Positions 39,061 through 46,736 of a DNA stretch of 64,000 nt are shown piece after piece; position 1 is the first letter of the stretch, and each line of letters begins with the position of its first letter. Location of the stretch: NCBI GenBank assembly GCA_041740495.1, contig JBGSLW010000345.1:1431-65430 (forward strand), read 5' to 3'. The notes under the pieces were generated by a model. That model ran no database searches and was not told where the DNA came from. It saw only the letters and a list, made by a program, of their open reading frames with translations. The position numbers and the translations under genes are program-made. The stretch is from Pirellulaceae bacterium (GTDB lineage: Bacteria; Planctomycetota; Planctomycetia; Pirellulales; Pirellulaceae).

Positions 39061-39765
39061 ATGAAAAACCGATGGTCGTGGCTTGCGCTCGGCGCGTGGA
39101 TCGCAATGGCTGTCTTATTCGCACCGTGCGAATTGTCGGCACAGGATGGCAGTGCGGGGACGCAAAGTTCGCAAGAACCGCTCGAAGAACTGTCGATGCA
39201 AGACGAGCTGGCCAAGGTCCTCCCGGAAATTCAGTTCGACGGTGGATCGGTCGCGGACTACATCCGCACGATTCGCGACTTGTCGGGCAGTCTGGCCTCG
39301 TTGAATATCATCGTCAAAGATGAAGCCTCTCGGATTACCTTACCGTCGATCGAGTTGCGAAAGGTATCGATCGGGACCGCACTCGAAGCGATGAGCACGG
39401 CCACATCGGGCAGGGTCATCGTGGAACAGTCAGGGGGAGGCAACGGCGATTCCTTTATGTTGATTGGTCGCGACTACGGCGCCGAGCAGCCCGGGGAAAT
39501 GCTGGTGCTGAATGTGCGTGGCATCCTGCAGTCCTTGCCGAAGGAGCAACTCGAAGCCGTCTTTTCGGTCGGCCTGAAGATGTTGGACTCGGAAGAGTTG
39601 CAACTGCAGTTGCATGAAGAATCGGGGCTCCTGTTTGCCAAGGGGACTCCGCAAGCGCTGCGGATGATTCAGAACTCGGTGGAAGAACTGTCGCGGGGGA
39701 TGGAAATGGGCCCGTTTGGCCGAGCCAAACCGCAGTCCTCTGAGGGGGCGTCCTCCCCCAAGTAG
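39061..39765 (+). CDS. hypothetical secreted protein
   Basis: ATG at 39061 with signal peptide MKNRWSWLALGAWIAMAVLFAPCELSAQD. I recognise no motif. It lies directly upstream of an ECF sigma/anti-sigma pair. Confidence 0.55.
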   Translation: MKNRWSWLALGAWIAMAVLFAPCELSAQDGSAGTQSSQEPLEELSMQDELAKVLPEIQFDGGSVADYIRTIRDLSGSLASLNIIVKDEASRITLPSIELRKVSIGTALEAMSTATSGRVIVEQSGGGNGDSFMLIGRDYGAEQPGEMLVLNVRGILQSLPKEQLEAVFSVGLKMLDSEELQLQLHEESGLLFAKGTPQALRMIQNSVEELSRGMEMGPFGRAKPQSSEGASSPK

Positions 39766-39825
39766 AATAGTAGACGTGCGTCGGCCGGAGTTCCTCCCGG
39801 TCGGTGTAGACAGGCGCGAACTTCG

Positions 39826-40464
39826 ATGCAGGCAGTGATCTCCATGCGATCAGCGTCTCCCGCCGCCACGGCTCCATCCGAAGCCGCTTCGGACATCGCC
39901 GCGGCCACCGAGACTCGAACTACCATCGATTGGCTTGCGGTCACGCGCGGTTTCGCCGCGGGTGACCGCGTCTGTTTCGAAAGCTTTTACGACGCGTTTT
40001 TCCAGTTGATGTACCAGGACGCGCGACGACTGACCGGGCGCGATGAGAACACCTGCCTGGACCTGGTGCACGAGGCGATGCTCAAGGCGATTCGCTCGAT
40101 CAAACCGATCGCCGAATACCCGCGTTTGCGAAACTGGTGCGGCGCGCTGATCAAAAGCGTCGCCTACGATTGGCTGCGACGCGAGTGCCGACGCCGGCAC
40201 GAGCCCTTGTCGGCGGAAGCGGAACCTCGGCAACACCTCCAGTCGACTTCGGACAACGAAGCCCGCTGGCGCTGGATCCAGGAACAAATCCGCCAGGCGC
40301 CGCGCGAACTTCAGCAGTTGTTCGCGCTGCGTTACCGCTGGGGGTGGACCCTGGAACAGATCGCTGGTCGCCTGGGTCTGAAGACGGGCGCGGTCGACGG
40401 CCAGCTTCGCCGGGCGATCGATCAACTGCGCATCAAAGCCGAACGGGAGTTTGAAGCACCATGA
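39826..40464 (+). CDS. ECF-type (group IV) sigma-70 family sigma factor
   Basis: Region 2 (DLVHEAMLKAIRSI...AYDWLRRE) and region 4 HTH (WTLEQIAGRLGLKTGAVDGQLRRA). Confidence 0.85.
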   Translation: MQAVISMRSASPAATAPSEAASDIAAATETRTTIDWLAVTRGFAAGDRVCFESFYDAFFQLMYQDARRLTGRDENTCLDLVHEAMLKAIRSIKPIAEYPRLRNWCGALIKSVAYDWLRRECRRRHEPLSAEAEPRQHLQSTSDNEARWRWIQEQIRQAPRELQQLFALRYRWGWTLEQIAGRLGLKTGAVDGQLRRAIDQLRIKAEREFEAP

Positions 40465-40901
40465 ACGCACCGCAAATGGAATCCGATCGACTCGATCTCG
40501 AACTGTCCGCAGCCGGCCAGCTGCGCCGCGAGCGGATCAAAGTAGAATGCACCGGGCGACTCCCGGGGATTCGGACTCGTCAGCGTTGGATGAAGCGAGG
40601 AACGGGCGCGGCCGCTCTGGCCGCCGCCTGTCTGGTGCTGCTGGCGGTGCGATGGGTCGGCACAGGCTCGGACAACGCAAGTCCTCAACGTTCGTTGGTG
40701 GCCCACCACCCGCCGGTCGCTGCGCATGCGGTATCGGTGTCGCCGCAGCCCTCTGCCAAGATCGAATCGATTGACGATGACCAGCTGTTGAGATTATTGA
40801 CGGCAGCGGGTCGCCCCTCTGCCCTGGGTCGGATCGACGGCAAGCTGGTCATTCTGCCCCAAACCGTCGCGGCTCGCTCCGGTGATTCCCTCTCCCCGTG
40901 A
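40461..40901 (+). CDS. putative anti-sigma factor (single-pass membrane protein)
   Basis: The start overlaps the sigma stop (ATGA). It has a cytoplasmic N-segment, then the TM helix GAAALAAACLVLLAV. The call rests on position only. Confidence 0.5.
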   Translation: MNAPQMESDRLDLELSAAGQLRRERIKVECTGRLPGIRTRQRWMKRGTGAAALAAACLVLLAVRWVGTGSDNASPQRSLVAHHPPVAAHAVSVSPQPSAKIESIDDDQLLRLLTAAGRPSALGRIDGKLVILPQTVAARSGDSLSP

Positions 40902-40915
40902 GCCGCTCAGGGCCC

Positions 40916-40945
40916 TTGGCCGTTCCGGCCGGTTTCGGCTATAAT
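40916..40945 (+). promoter_or_regulatory. candidate sigma-70 promoter (TTGGCC-18 nt-TATAAT) upstream of the small basic protein gene
   Basis: A perfect TATAAT at 40940-40945 is rare in this GC-rich sequence. A -35-like TTGGCC lies at 40916-40921. Confidence 0.3.
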
Positions 40946-41096
40946 AGGGGGCTTCTACGGCAGCCCTTCGCCTGACCGAGCCAGCTTGGATCGTTGAGAC
41001 AAGTCGATCTTTGGGACGTGAATTCCTCAGATCCGCATCTCCTCCATGTGCCGCGGCGCGGTCGATTTTCATTCGCTCCTGAACCAGGTACTATCG

Positions 41097-41402
41097 ATGA
41101 CGCTCGACAAATCACTTCGAATCAAAGCCGGCGCAGCCAAACAGCGCAATGTTCTCAAACGCGGCGAGCGACTGGCCAAGCTCAAGGAAATGGATCGCTG
41201 GACCGACGGGGGTAACGTGCTGGGCTTGCCCAAAGTCCGAGTGCTGAAGCTCTCGATGAAGAAGAAAAAGAAGACGAAAGCGGAAGGGGAAGAAGGAGCT
41301 GCTGCCGCTCCCGCCGCCGCGAAGGCCCCCGCCGCCAAGGCCCCCGCCGCCAAGGCGCCGGCCGGAAAAGCACCTGCCGGAAAGGCCGCTCCCAAGAAGT
41401 AA
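41097..41402 (+). CDS. small basic protein with Ala/Pro/Lys-rich histone-H1-like tail
   Basis: ATG at 41097 (MTLDKSLRIKAGAAKQRNVLKRGERLAKL...). The tail reads KKKKKTKAEGEEGAAAAPAAAKAPAAKAPAAKAPAGKAPAGKAAPKK. Confidence 0.7.
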   Translation: MTLDKSLRIKAGAAKQRNVLKRGERLAKLKEMDRWTDGGNVLGLPKVRVLKLSMKKKKKTKAEGEEGAAAAPAAAKAPAAKAPAAKAPAGKAPAGKAAPKK

Positions 41403-41425
41403 GTCGGCTCGCTCCGTAACAACGT

Positions 41426-41821
41426 ATGGCGCGAACGTTCCAGTTTGAACTTTTCGCCGATATGTTCGCGGTGTGTCGGTTGGACCCGGACACCATCGTT
41501 CCGGATCTCCGCTCCGACAGCTTCGTCTCCTGGACGCACACCGCCGGCGAGACTTCGATTATTTGCCCCTGGCAAGCCCCCCCCAAGGGCGCTCGGATCG
41601 AAGGCCCGTTTCGGTGCCTGCGAATCGTCGGCGCGCTCGACTTTAACGAAGTCGGTATCATCGCGGAAATCAGCGGGCTGCTGGCCAGCGCTCGCATCAG
41701 TTTGCTGACGATTTCGACGTTCGACACAGACTATTTCTTTGTCCGCGCGGAGTCGCTCGCTGCGACCCTCGACCTGCTTACCGCCGCCGGCCATCAGTTT
41801 GTCTCAACCGCAAACCCATAG
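41426..41821 (+). CDS. ACT domain-containing protein
   Basis: 131 aa. FAVCRL...WTHTAGETSIICP...FRCLRIVGALDFNEVGIIAEISGLLASARISLLTISTFDTDYFFV is an ACT-like ligand-binding fold pattern. Confidence 0.72.
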   Translation: MARTFQFELFADMFAVCRLDPDTIVPDLRSDSFVSWTHTAGETSIICPWQAPPKGARIEGPFRCLRIVGALDFNEVGIIAEISGLLASARISLLTISTFDTDYFFVRAESLAATLDLLTAAGHQFVSTANP

Positions 41822-41831
41822 GGATCGCCGC

Positions 41832-42020
41832 GTTAGTTTCCAGACCTGCCCTCCACCGAGACAAGCTCGGTGGGGAGGCGGAACTGTTGATGGCGGTCTG
41901 CGTTAGTTTCCAGACCTGCCTTCCACCGAGACAGGCTCGGTGGGGAGGCGGAACTGTTGATGGCGGTCTGCGTTAGTTTCCAGACCTGCCTTCCACCGAG
42001 ACAGGCTCGGTGGGGAAAGC
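41832..42020. repeat. 70-bp tandem repeat, ~2.7 copies, each with an internal 8-bp-stem hairpin
   Basis: The unit GTTAGTTTCCAGACCTGCC(C/T)TCCACCGAGACA(A/G)GCTCGGTGGGGAGGCGGAACTGTTGATGGCGGTCTGC starts at 41832, 41902 and 41972. The hairpin is CCACCGAG-acarg-CTCGGTGG. Confidence 0.9.
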
Positions 42021-42080
42021 GGTGGAGTTTAACGTGATCCAAAGGTGATAGCCCACGGGCCTTTTGACCTGGTTTGGCTT

Positions 42081-42121
42081 CCCTCTCCCCCCAGCCGCAC
42101 GACGCGGCTGGGGGGAGAGGG
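42081..42121. repeat. perfect 18-bp-stem hairpin, family C (CCCTCTCCCC...GGGGAGAGGG)
   Basis: CCCTCTCCCCCCAGCCGC-acgac-GCGGCTGGGGGGAGAGGG. Confidence 0.85.
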
Positions 42122-42237
42122 ATCGAGGGTGAGGGGGGCCGCGCCGGAGAGTCCGCCTCACGACTCGATTCCGGTTACCATAATGCGCTCAGACACCATC
42201 CCTTCCATTGGACTCTTTTGCTGAATCGGTGGCCGAT

Positions 42238-44943
42238 ATGCCAACTCCTAATTCACTGAACCGGCTTCGTGGTCTATTCCCCCGCGCTACTTACTTGCTG
42301 CTCTTTTGCCTTACCGCGTCGGCCCAGCAAGTCGGCTACGGTCCCGACCAGATTCAGACGCCCGTCAATCAGGTCCTCACCCCCTTCGGCCAACTGGTGC
42401 AGCTCCCCGGAGTTCGGCCGCAGGCCGTCGCACTTTCGCCCGATGGTGAACTGTTGGTCCTTTCCGGCAAGAGTTCCCAGTTACTGGTATTCGGGTTCGC
42501 CGGCGATGGTTCCGTCGTCGAACGACAGCGGGTTGCATTCCCGGATGAGCAGCAGACCGAACCCGCCGATCCTGCCGTTGCCGTAAGCGCCGACTCGCGA
42601 GCCCAAGTCAGCTACACGGGCCTCATCTTTTCTCCGGACGGCGATCGAATCTACGCCAGCAACGTCAACGGCTCCGTGAAAGTCTTTCGAGTGGACGAGC
42701 AACACCAGGTGCATCCCGCCTACACGATTCCGCTGCCGGCGGCTGGAGCGCCGCGGCGGGAAGCCGAGATCCCGAGCGGACTTTGTCTCACCCCGGACGG
42801 AGATCGTTTGTATGTCTGCGGCAACCTTTCCAATCGACTGCTCGAAATCGAACTGGCCGCGCTTAAGGTCACGCGTACCTTCGATGTTGGTGTGGCCCCC
42901 TACGATGTGAAGATCGTCGGCACACAAGCCTATGTCAGTAACTGGGGTGGCCGTCGCCCTGCCGAGGGAGACTTGACTGGCCCGGCCGGACAAGGCACCA
43001 CCGTCCGCGTCGACCCCACGCGACACATCGCCAGCGAAGGTTCGGTCTCGATCATCGACTTGAGCAGCGGCGACTTGGTGACGGAGCTGGTGACCGGATT
43101 GCACGCCTCCGCCCTGGCGGTCTCGCCTGACGAGAAATATGTCGTTTGTGCCAATGCCGCCAGCGATAACTTGTCGGTGATCGAGGTCGCGACGGCTAAA
43201 ATCACCGAGACGATCTGGACCAAGCCCTCTCCGGCGGACCTGTTCGGCGCGGCGCCTAATGCGCTCGCCTTTGGCGCCGAAAACGACCAGCTGTGGGTCG
43301 CCAACGGCAGCTACAACGCGATTGGCCTGATCGAATTCGAACCCGAAACGAAGGGTGAATCCAAATTGTTGGGCCTGGTGCCGGTCGGCTGGTATCCGGG
43401 AGGCCTACTGTACGACACGCGGCGAAACCAGGTCTGCGCTGTGAACATCAAGGGACTTCCCGACCAAGCCAAATCCGCGCCAACCGGTGGAGAAGGATTC
43501 AACTCGCATCTCTACCAAGGGACGCTTTCGGTCTTTCGCCCGGCGGAGGCCGAAGCCAAACTCGCGGAACTGTCTCAGCAAGTCGCCGACAATATGCGCG
43601 CTCCGGCGATCCAGGCCGCGCTGCTGCCACCCCGAGCCGATGCGGCCCCGAAGCCGATCCCCGAACGAATCGGCGAACCGAGCTCGATCCAACATGTCGT
43701 GTACGTAATCAAGGAAAACCGCACGTACGACCAGGTCTTGGGCAAATTGGAAAAGGGGAGGGGGCACGCCGATTTGTGCATTTTCGATGAACAGATCGCA
43801 CCGAACCAATACAAATTGGTCCGCGAATTCGTACTGCTGGATAACACCTATTGCGCGGGGATCCTCAGCGCCGATGGGCACCAGTGGAGCACCACGGCGA
43901 TGAGCACCGACTACATGGAAAAGAGCTTTGCAGGCTTTCCGCGAAGTTACCCGGACGGCATGGGGGACGACGATGTCGACGCGCTGGCCTATTCGCCCGC
44001 CGGTTTCATTTGGGACAACGCATTGCGGTACAAAAAATCGATTCGCAACTACGGCGAGTTCATGATGCCGCGTGTCAAATGGCGCGATCCGAACAAGAAC
44101 GGGACCCCGACGTTTACCGCCTGCTATAAAACCTGGCGGGGAGAAAGCGACGAAGTCATTTTCGCCAGCGAGCCGGGCATCGAGTCCATCCGACCGTTTT
44201 CGCCGACCGATTACGTCGGTTGGGAAATGGCGGTCCCGGATCAGTACCGTGCCGACTTCATTCTGCGGGAGCTCGCAGAGTTTGAAAAATCAGGTGAGTT
44301 TCCGCAGCTGGTGATCATCTGCCTGCCGAACGACCACACCAGCGGCACCAGCCCTGGTTTTCCGACTCCCGCCGCGTCGATCGCCGACAACGACCTGGCC
44401 TTCGGCCGGATCGTCGACGCGCTCAGCCACAGTCGTTTCTGGCCGCAGATGGCGATCTTCGCGATCGAAGACGACCCGCAAGCGGGCTGGGACCACGTCA
44501 GCGGCTACCGGACCACCGCCTACTGCATCAGCCCATTTGCCAAACGCGGTGCGACGGTCAGCGCATACTACAACACGACGAGCATTCTGCGGACGATTGA
44601 ACAGATTCTCGGTCTGCCGTCGATGAACATCTTCGACGCCAGCGCCACGCCGATGTTCGAGTGCTTCCAAGAAACCCCCGACCTGACACCGTACACGCAC
44701 GTGGCCAACAACGTGCCGCTGGATCAAATGAACCCCAGCCCGCAGAGCCTGCTCGACCCCCAACTGCGAGCCGATGCACTCGCGTCCGCCGAAATGAACT
44801 TCCGCGAAATCGACCGTGCCCCCGAGGACGCGCTCAACCGCATCCTCTGGCGGTCAATGAAAGGGACCGCGGAACCATACCCCGAATGGGCGATCACAGG
44901 GGAGGAGGAGGAAGAAGAGGAAGAAACAGCTGACCGCAGATGA
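42238..44943 (+). CDS. secreted fusion protein: YncE-like beta-propeller + phosphoesterase (PLC/acid phosphatase, PF04185-like) domain, poly-Glu tail
   Basis: ATG at 42238 with signal peptide. Propeller blades are visible (SPDGELLV, SPDGDRIYASN, TPDGDRLYV, SPDEKYVVCAN). The phosphoesterase signature is HVVYVIKENRTYDQVLG with later CLPNDHTSG. The C-terminus reads GEEEEEEEETADRR. Confidence 0.8.
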   Translation: MPTPNSLNRLRGLFPRATYLLLFCLTASAQQVGYGPDQIQTPVNQVLTPFGQLVQLPGVRPQAVALSPDGELLVLSGKSSQLLVFGFAGDGSVVERQRVAFPDEQQTEPADPAVAVSADSRAQVSYTGLIFSPDGDRIYASNVNGSVKVFRVDEQHQVHPAYTIPLPAAGAPRREAEIPSGLCLTPDGDRLYVCGNLSNRLLEIELAALKVTRTFDVGVAPYDVKIVGTQAYVSNWGGRRPAEGDLTGPAGQGTTVRVDPTRHIASEGSVSIIDLSSGDLVTELVTGLHASALAVSPDEKYVVCANAASDNLSVIEVATAKITETIWTKPSPADLFGAAPNALAFGAENDQLWVANGSYNAIGLIEFEPETKGESKLLGLVPVGWYPGGLLYDTRRNQVCAVNIKGLPDQAKSAPTGGEGFNSHLYQGTLSVFRPAEAEAKLAELSQQVADNMRAPAIQAALLPPRADAAPKPIPERIGEPSSIQHVVYVIKENRTYDQVLGKLEKGRGHADLCIFDEQIAPNQYKLVREFVLLDNTYCAGILSADGHQWSTTAMSTDYMEKSFAGFPRSYPDGMGDDDVDALAYSPAGFIWDNALRYKKSIRNYGEFMMPRVKWRDPNKNGTPTFTACYKTWRGESDEVIFASEPGIESIRPFSPTDYVGWEMAVPDQYRADFILRELAEFEKSGEFPQLVIICLPNDHTSGTSPGFPTPAASIADNDLAFGRIVDALSHSRFWPQMAIFAIEDDPQAGWDHVSGYRTTAYCISPFAKRGATVSAYYNTTSILRTIEQILGLPSMNIFDASATPMFECFQETPDLTPYTHVANNVPLDQMNPSPQSLLDPQLRADALASAEMNFREIDRAPEDALNRILWRSMKGTAEPYPEWAITGEEEEEEEETADRR

Positions 44944-45224
44944 ACGCAGAATTCCGCAGATTAGAAAGATTCGAAGCTTAGGCTGCGGAATTCAACTCTA
45001 TTTGTACTCCGGACGCCAAATCTCAAATCACAAATCTTGAGTCTTGAGTCTTGAGTCTTGAGTCTTGAGTCTTGAGTCTTGAGTCTTGAGTCTTGAGTCT
45101 TGAGTCTTGAGTCTTGAATTTTGAATTTTGAATTTTCAACTCCCCACCCAAACTCTTACGCAAACTTTCCCCCGATCCCCCCCTTCCTTTTCTTATCTGC
45201 GCCAATCTGCGTCCATCTGCGGTC
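44932..45224. mobile_element. MITE-like 293-bp element: ~33-bp imperfect terminal inverted repeats flanking a hairpin and a heptanucleotide microsatellite
   Basis: Left end is GACCGCAGATGAACGCAGAATTCCGCAGATTAG (44932-44964). The reverse complement of the right end (45192-45224) is GACCGCAGATGGACGCAGATTGGCGCAGATAAG, matching at about 27 of 33 positions. No transposase is present. Confidence 0.4.
45035..45139. repeat. heptanucleotide microsatellite: (TCTTGAG)x11, then TCTTGAA, (TTTTGAA)x2, TTTTCAA
   Basis: Counted directly from the sequence as 15 consecutive heptads. Confidence 0.95.
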
Positions 45225-45269
45225 CCTCACTTCTTTACGGCTTTCTGCGCTCCCCGTTTTTGATTCCTT

Positions 45270-46493
45270 CTATCCCGCGTGCACTTTGACCGTCTGCCCG
45301 ACATCGTCCAGCATCGAGCGCAGCGTGTCGTAGTCGGGATGCTTCATGCGGATCCAGGCGTTGGCCATGTAGCCGGCTTCGACCCCCGCGGTCGGCGTGC
45401 CGGGCTCGGGAGTGTGCCAGTCGATCAGCCACTCGCCGTAGCGTTCGCGGATGGCATCGAGTCCGCTGTATCCGGTAATCCGACCATCCCGCTGCGGGCG
45501 AAGGGCGATGATCCCGGTGCTGAAGCGGCGCGAGGTCCGCTGGGTCGGTCGACCATGTACGATCGCCGAAGCCCACTCGACATACAAATCGATGTCGTTG
45601 GCAATGTTATAGAGGTCCCAGGCGCGGACTCCCGGCGGCCGGCAGCCGATTTCGGAAAACCGCAGGCCTTTCGGGCCGAAAAACCACTCCATATGCGTTG
45701 CCGCGGTGCCGATCCCGATCGCGGAGTTGACTGTGCGACCGAGCGCTTTCAGCTCGCCATAGGCCGCTGCGCTGTCGACCTGGTTGGTGGTGATGAACTG
45801 CGGGGAAATCCAGCGCGTTCGCATCGCCTCCAGGACATTCGGGTAATAGTGCGAGACGAATTCGTGCACGACCTGCCCGCCGATGGTGAGCGTATCATAA
45901 AAGCCCTCGTGCCCCTCGATGAACTCTTCCACCGCGACCTCGCCGCCACGCCCGACATGGGATGCATCGAGGGCTGAATGCAGCTGCGGGTCGTCGTCGA
46001 CGCGAGTCGCCCCCGAGGCCCCCGCGCCCGCCCGCGGTTTGACGATCAGCGGATACCCGACTCGCCGGGAAAACTCGAAGATCGCGTCGCGGTCGCCGCT
46101 TCCTAGCGTCTGCGCACAAGGAACGCCGTGCCGCCGCAAGTGTTCCTTCATCAGCGGCTTGTCCCGGCAGAGCGTCGCCGTCTCGATCGAGATGCCTGGA
46201 ATCGTACAAGCCGCCCGCACCTCGGCGACCGGCAAGATATGCGCTTCGACCGTCGCCTCCAGTCGATCGACGTAGATTTTGCTCTGAATAAATCGGACGG
46301 CCTGAGTCATCGCCCCCACATCGCAGACACTGGGGACTTGGATGTAGTCCAATAGCCAGTCCTGCAGCTGGCCGTCGAGCTGCTCTTTGGGCGACTCGCC
46401 AATCGCCACCACCGTCGCCCCGACTTGTTTCAGCCCGCGCACAAACTCCCGCTGATTCGCGGGAAACGAGGGTTCGACGAAAATCACCTGCAT
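45270..46493 (-). CDS. ATP-grasp domain ligase, paralog 1
   Basis: ATG at 46493 (MQVIFVEPSFP). Motifs are GYPLIVKPRAGAGASG, EEFIEGHEGFYD, THMEWF and SEIGCRPPG. Length 407 aa. Confidence 0.85.
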   Translation of the reverse strand: MQVIFVEPSFPANQREFVRGLKQVGATVVAIGESPKEQLDGQLQDWLLDYIQVPSVCDVGAMTQAVRFIQSKIYVDRLEATVEAHILPVAEVRAACTIPGISIETATLCRDKPLMKEHLRRHGVPCAQTLGSGDRDAIFEFSRRVGYPLIVKPRAGAGASGATRVDDDPQLHSALDASHVGRGGEVAVEEFIEGHEGFYDTLTIGGQVVHEFVSHYYPNVLEAMRTRWISPQFITTNQVDSAAAYGELKALGRTVNSAIGIGTAATHMEWFFGPKGLRFSEIGCRPPGVRAWDLYNIANDIDLYVEWASAIVHGRPTQRTSRRFSTGIIALRPQRDGRITGYSGLDAIRERYGEWLIDWHTPEPGTPTAGVEAGYMANAWIRMKHPDYDTLRSMLDDVGQTVKVHAG

Positions 46494-46612
46494 CGCTGCG
46501 TTCCCAAGAAAGGTAGGTTCGATTATCGTTACCGCTTGTGCGACGGGCAATGGTGTTCATGATGGATTTGGCCCGTCATAGATCTGGTGGCCTTTTCTCC
46601 CGTTGTTTCCCC

Positions 46613-46720
46613 GTACTCGTACTCGTACTCGTACTCGTACTCGTACTCAGTGAAACGGTACTCGTAATCGATTGCGGCTTGAGGCGGGAATTACGCGAGT
46701 ACGAGTACGAGTAGGAGTAC
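46613..46720. repeat. (GTACTC)x6 hexamer run facing an inverted (GAGTAC)x4 run in the divergent ATP-grasp intergenic region
   Basis: GTACTC x6 at 46613-46648, one more copy at 46658-46663, and GAGTACGAGTACGAGTAGGAGTAC at 46697-46720. Confidence 0.9.
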
Positions 46721-46736
46721 GGATCAATAAACATCT

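Noticed and set aside
41832-42020. CRISPR-like array (70-bp period)
   Set aside because: The whole 70-bp unit is repeated, so there are no variable spacers. There are only about 2.7 copies.
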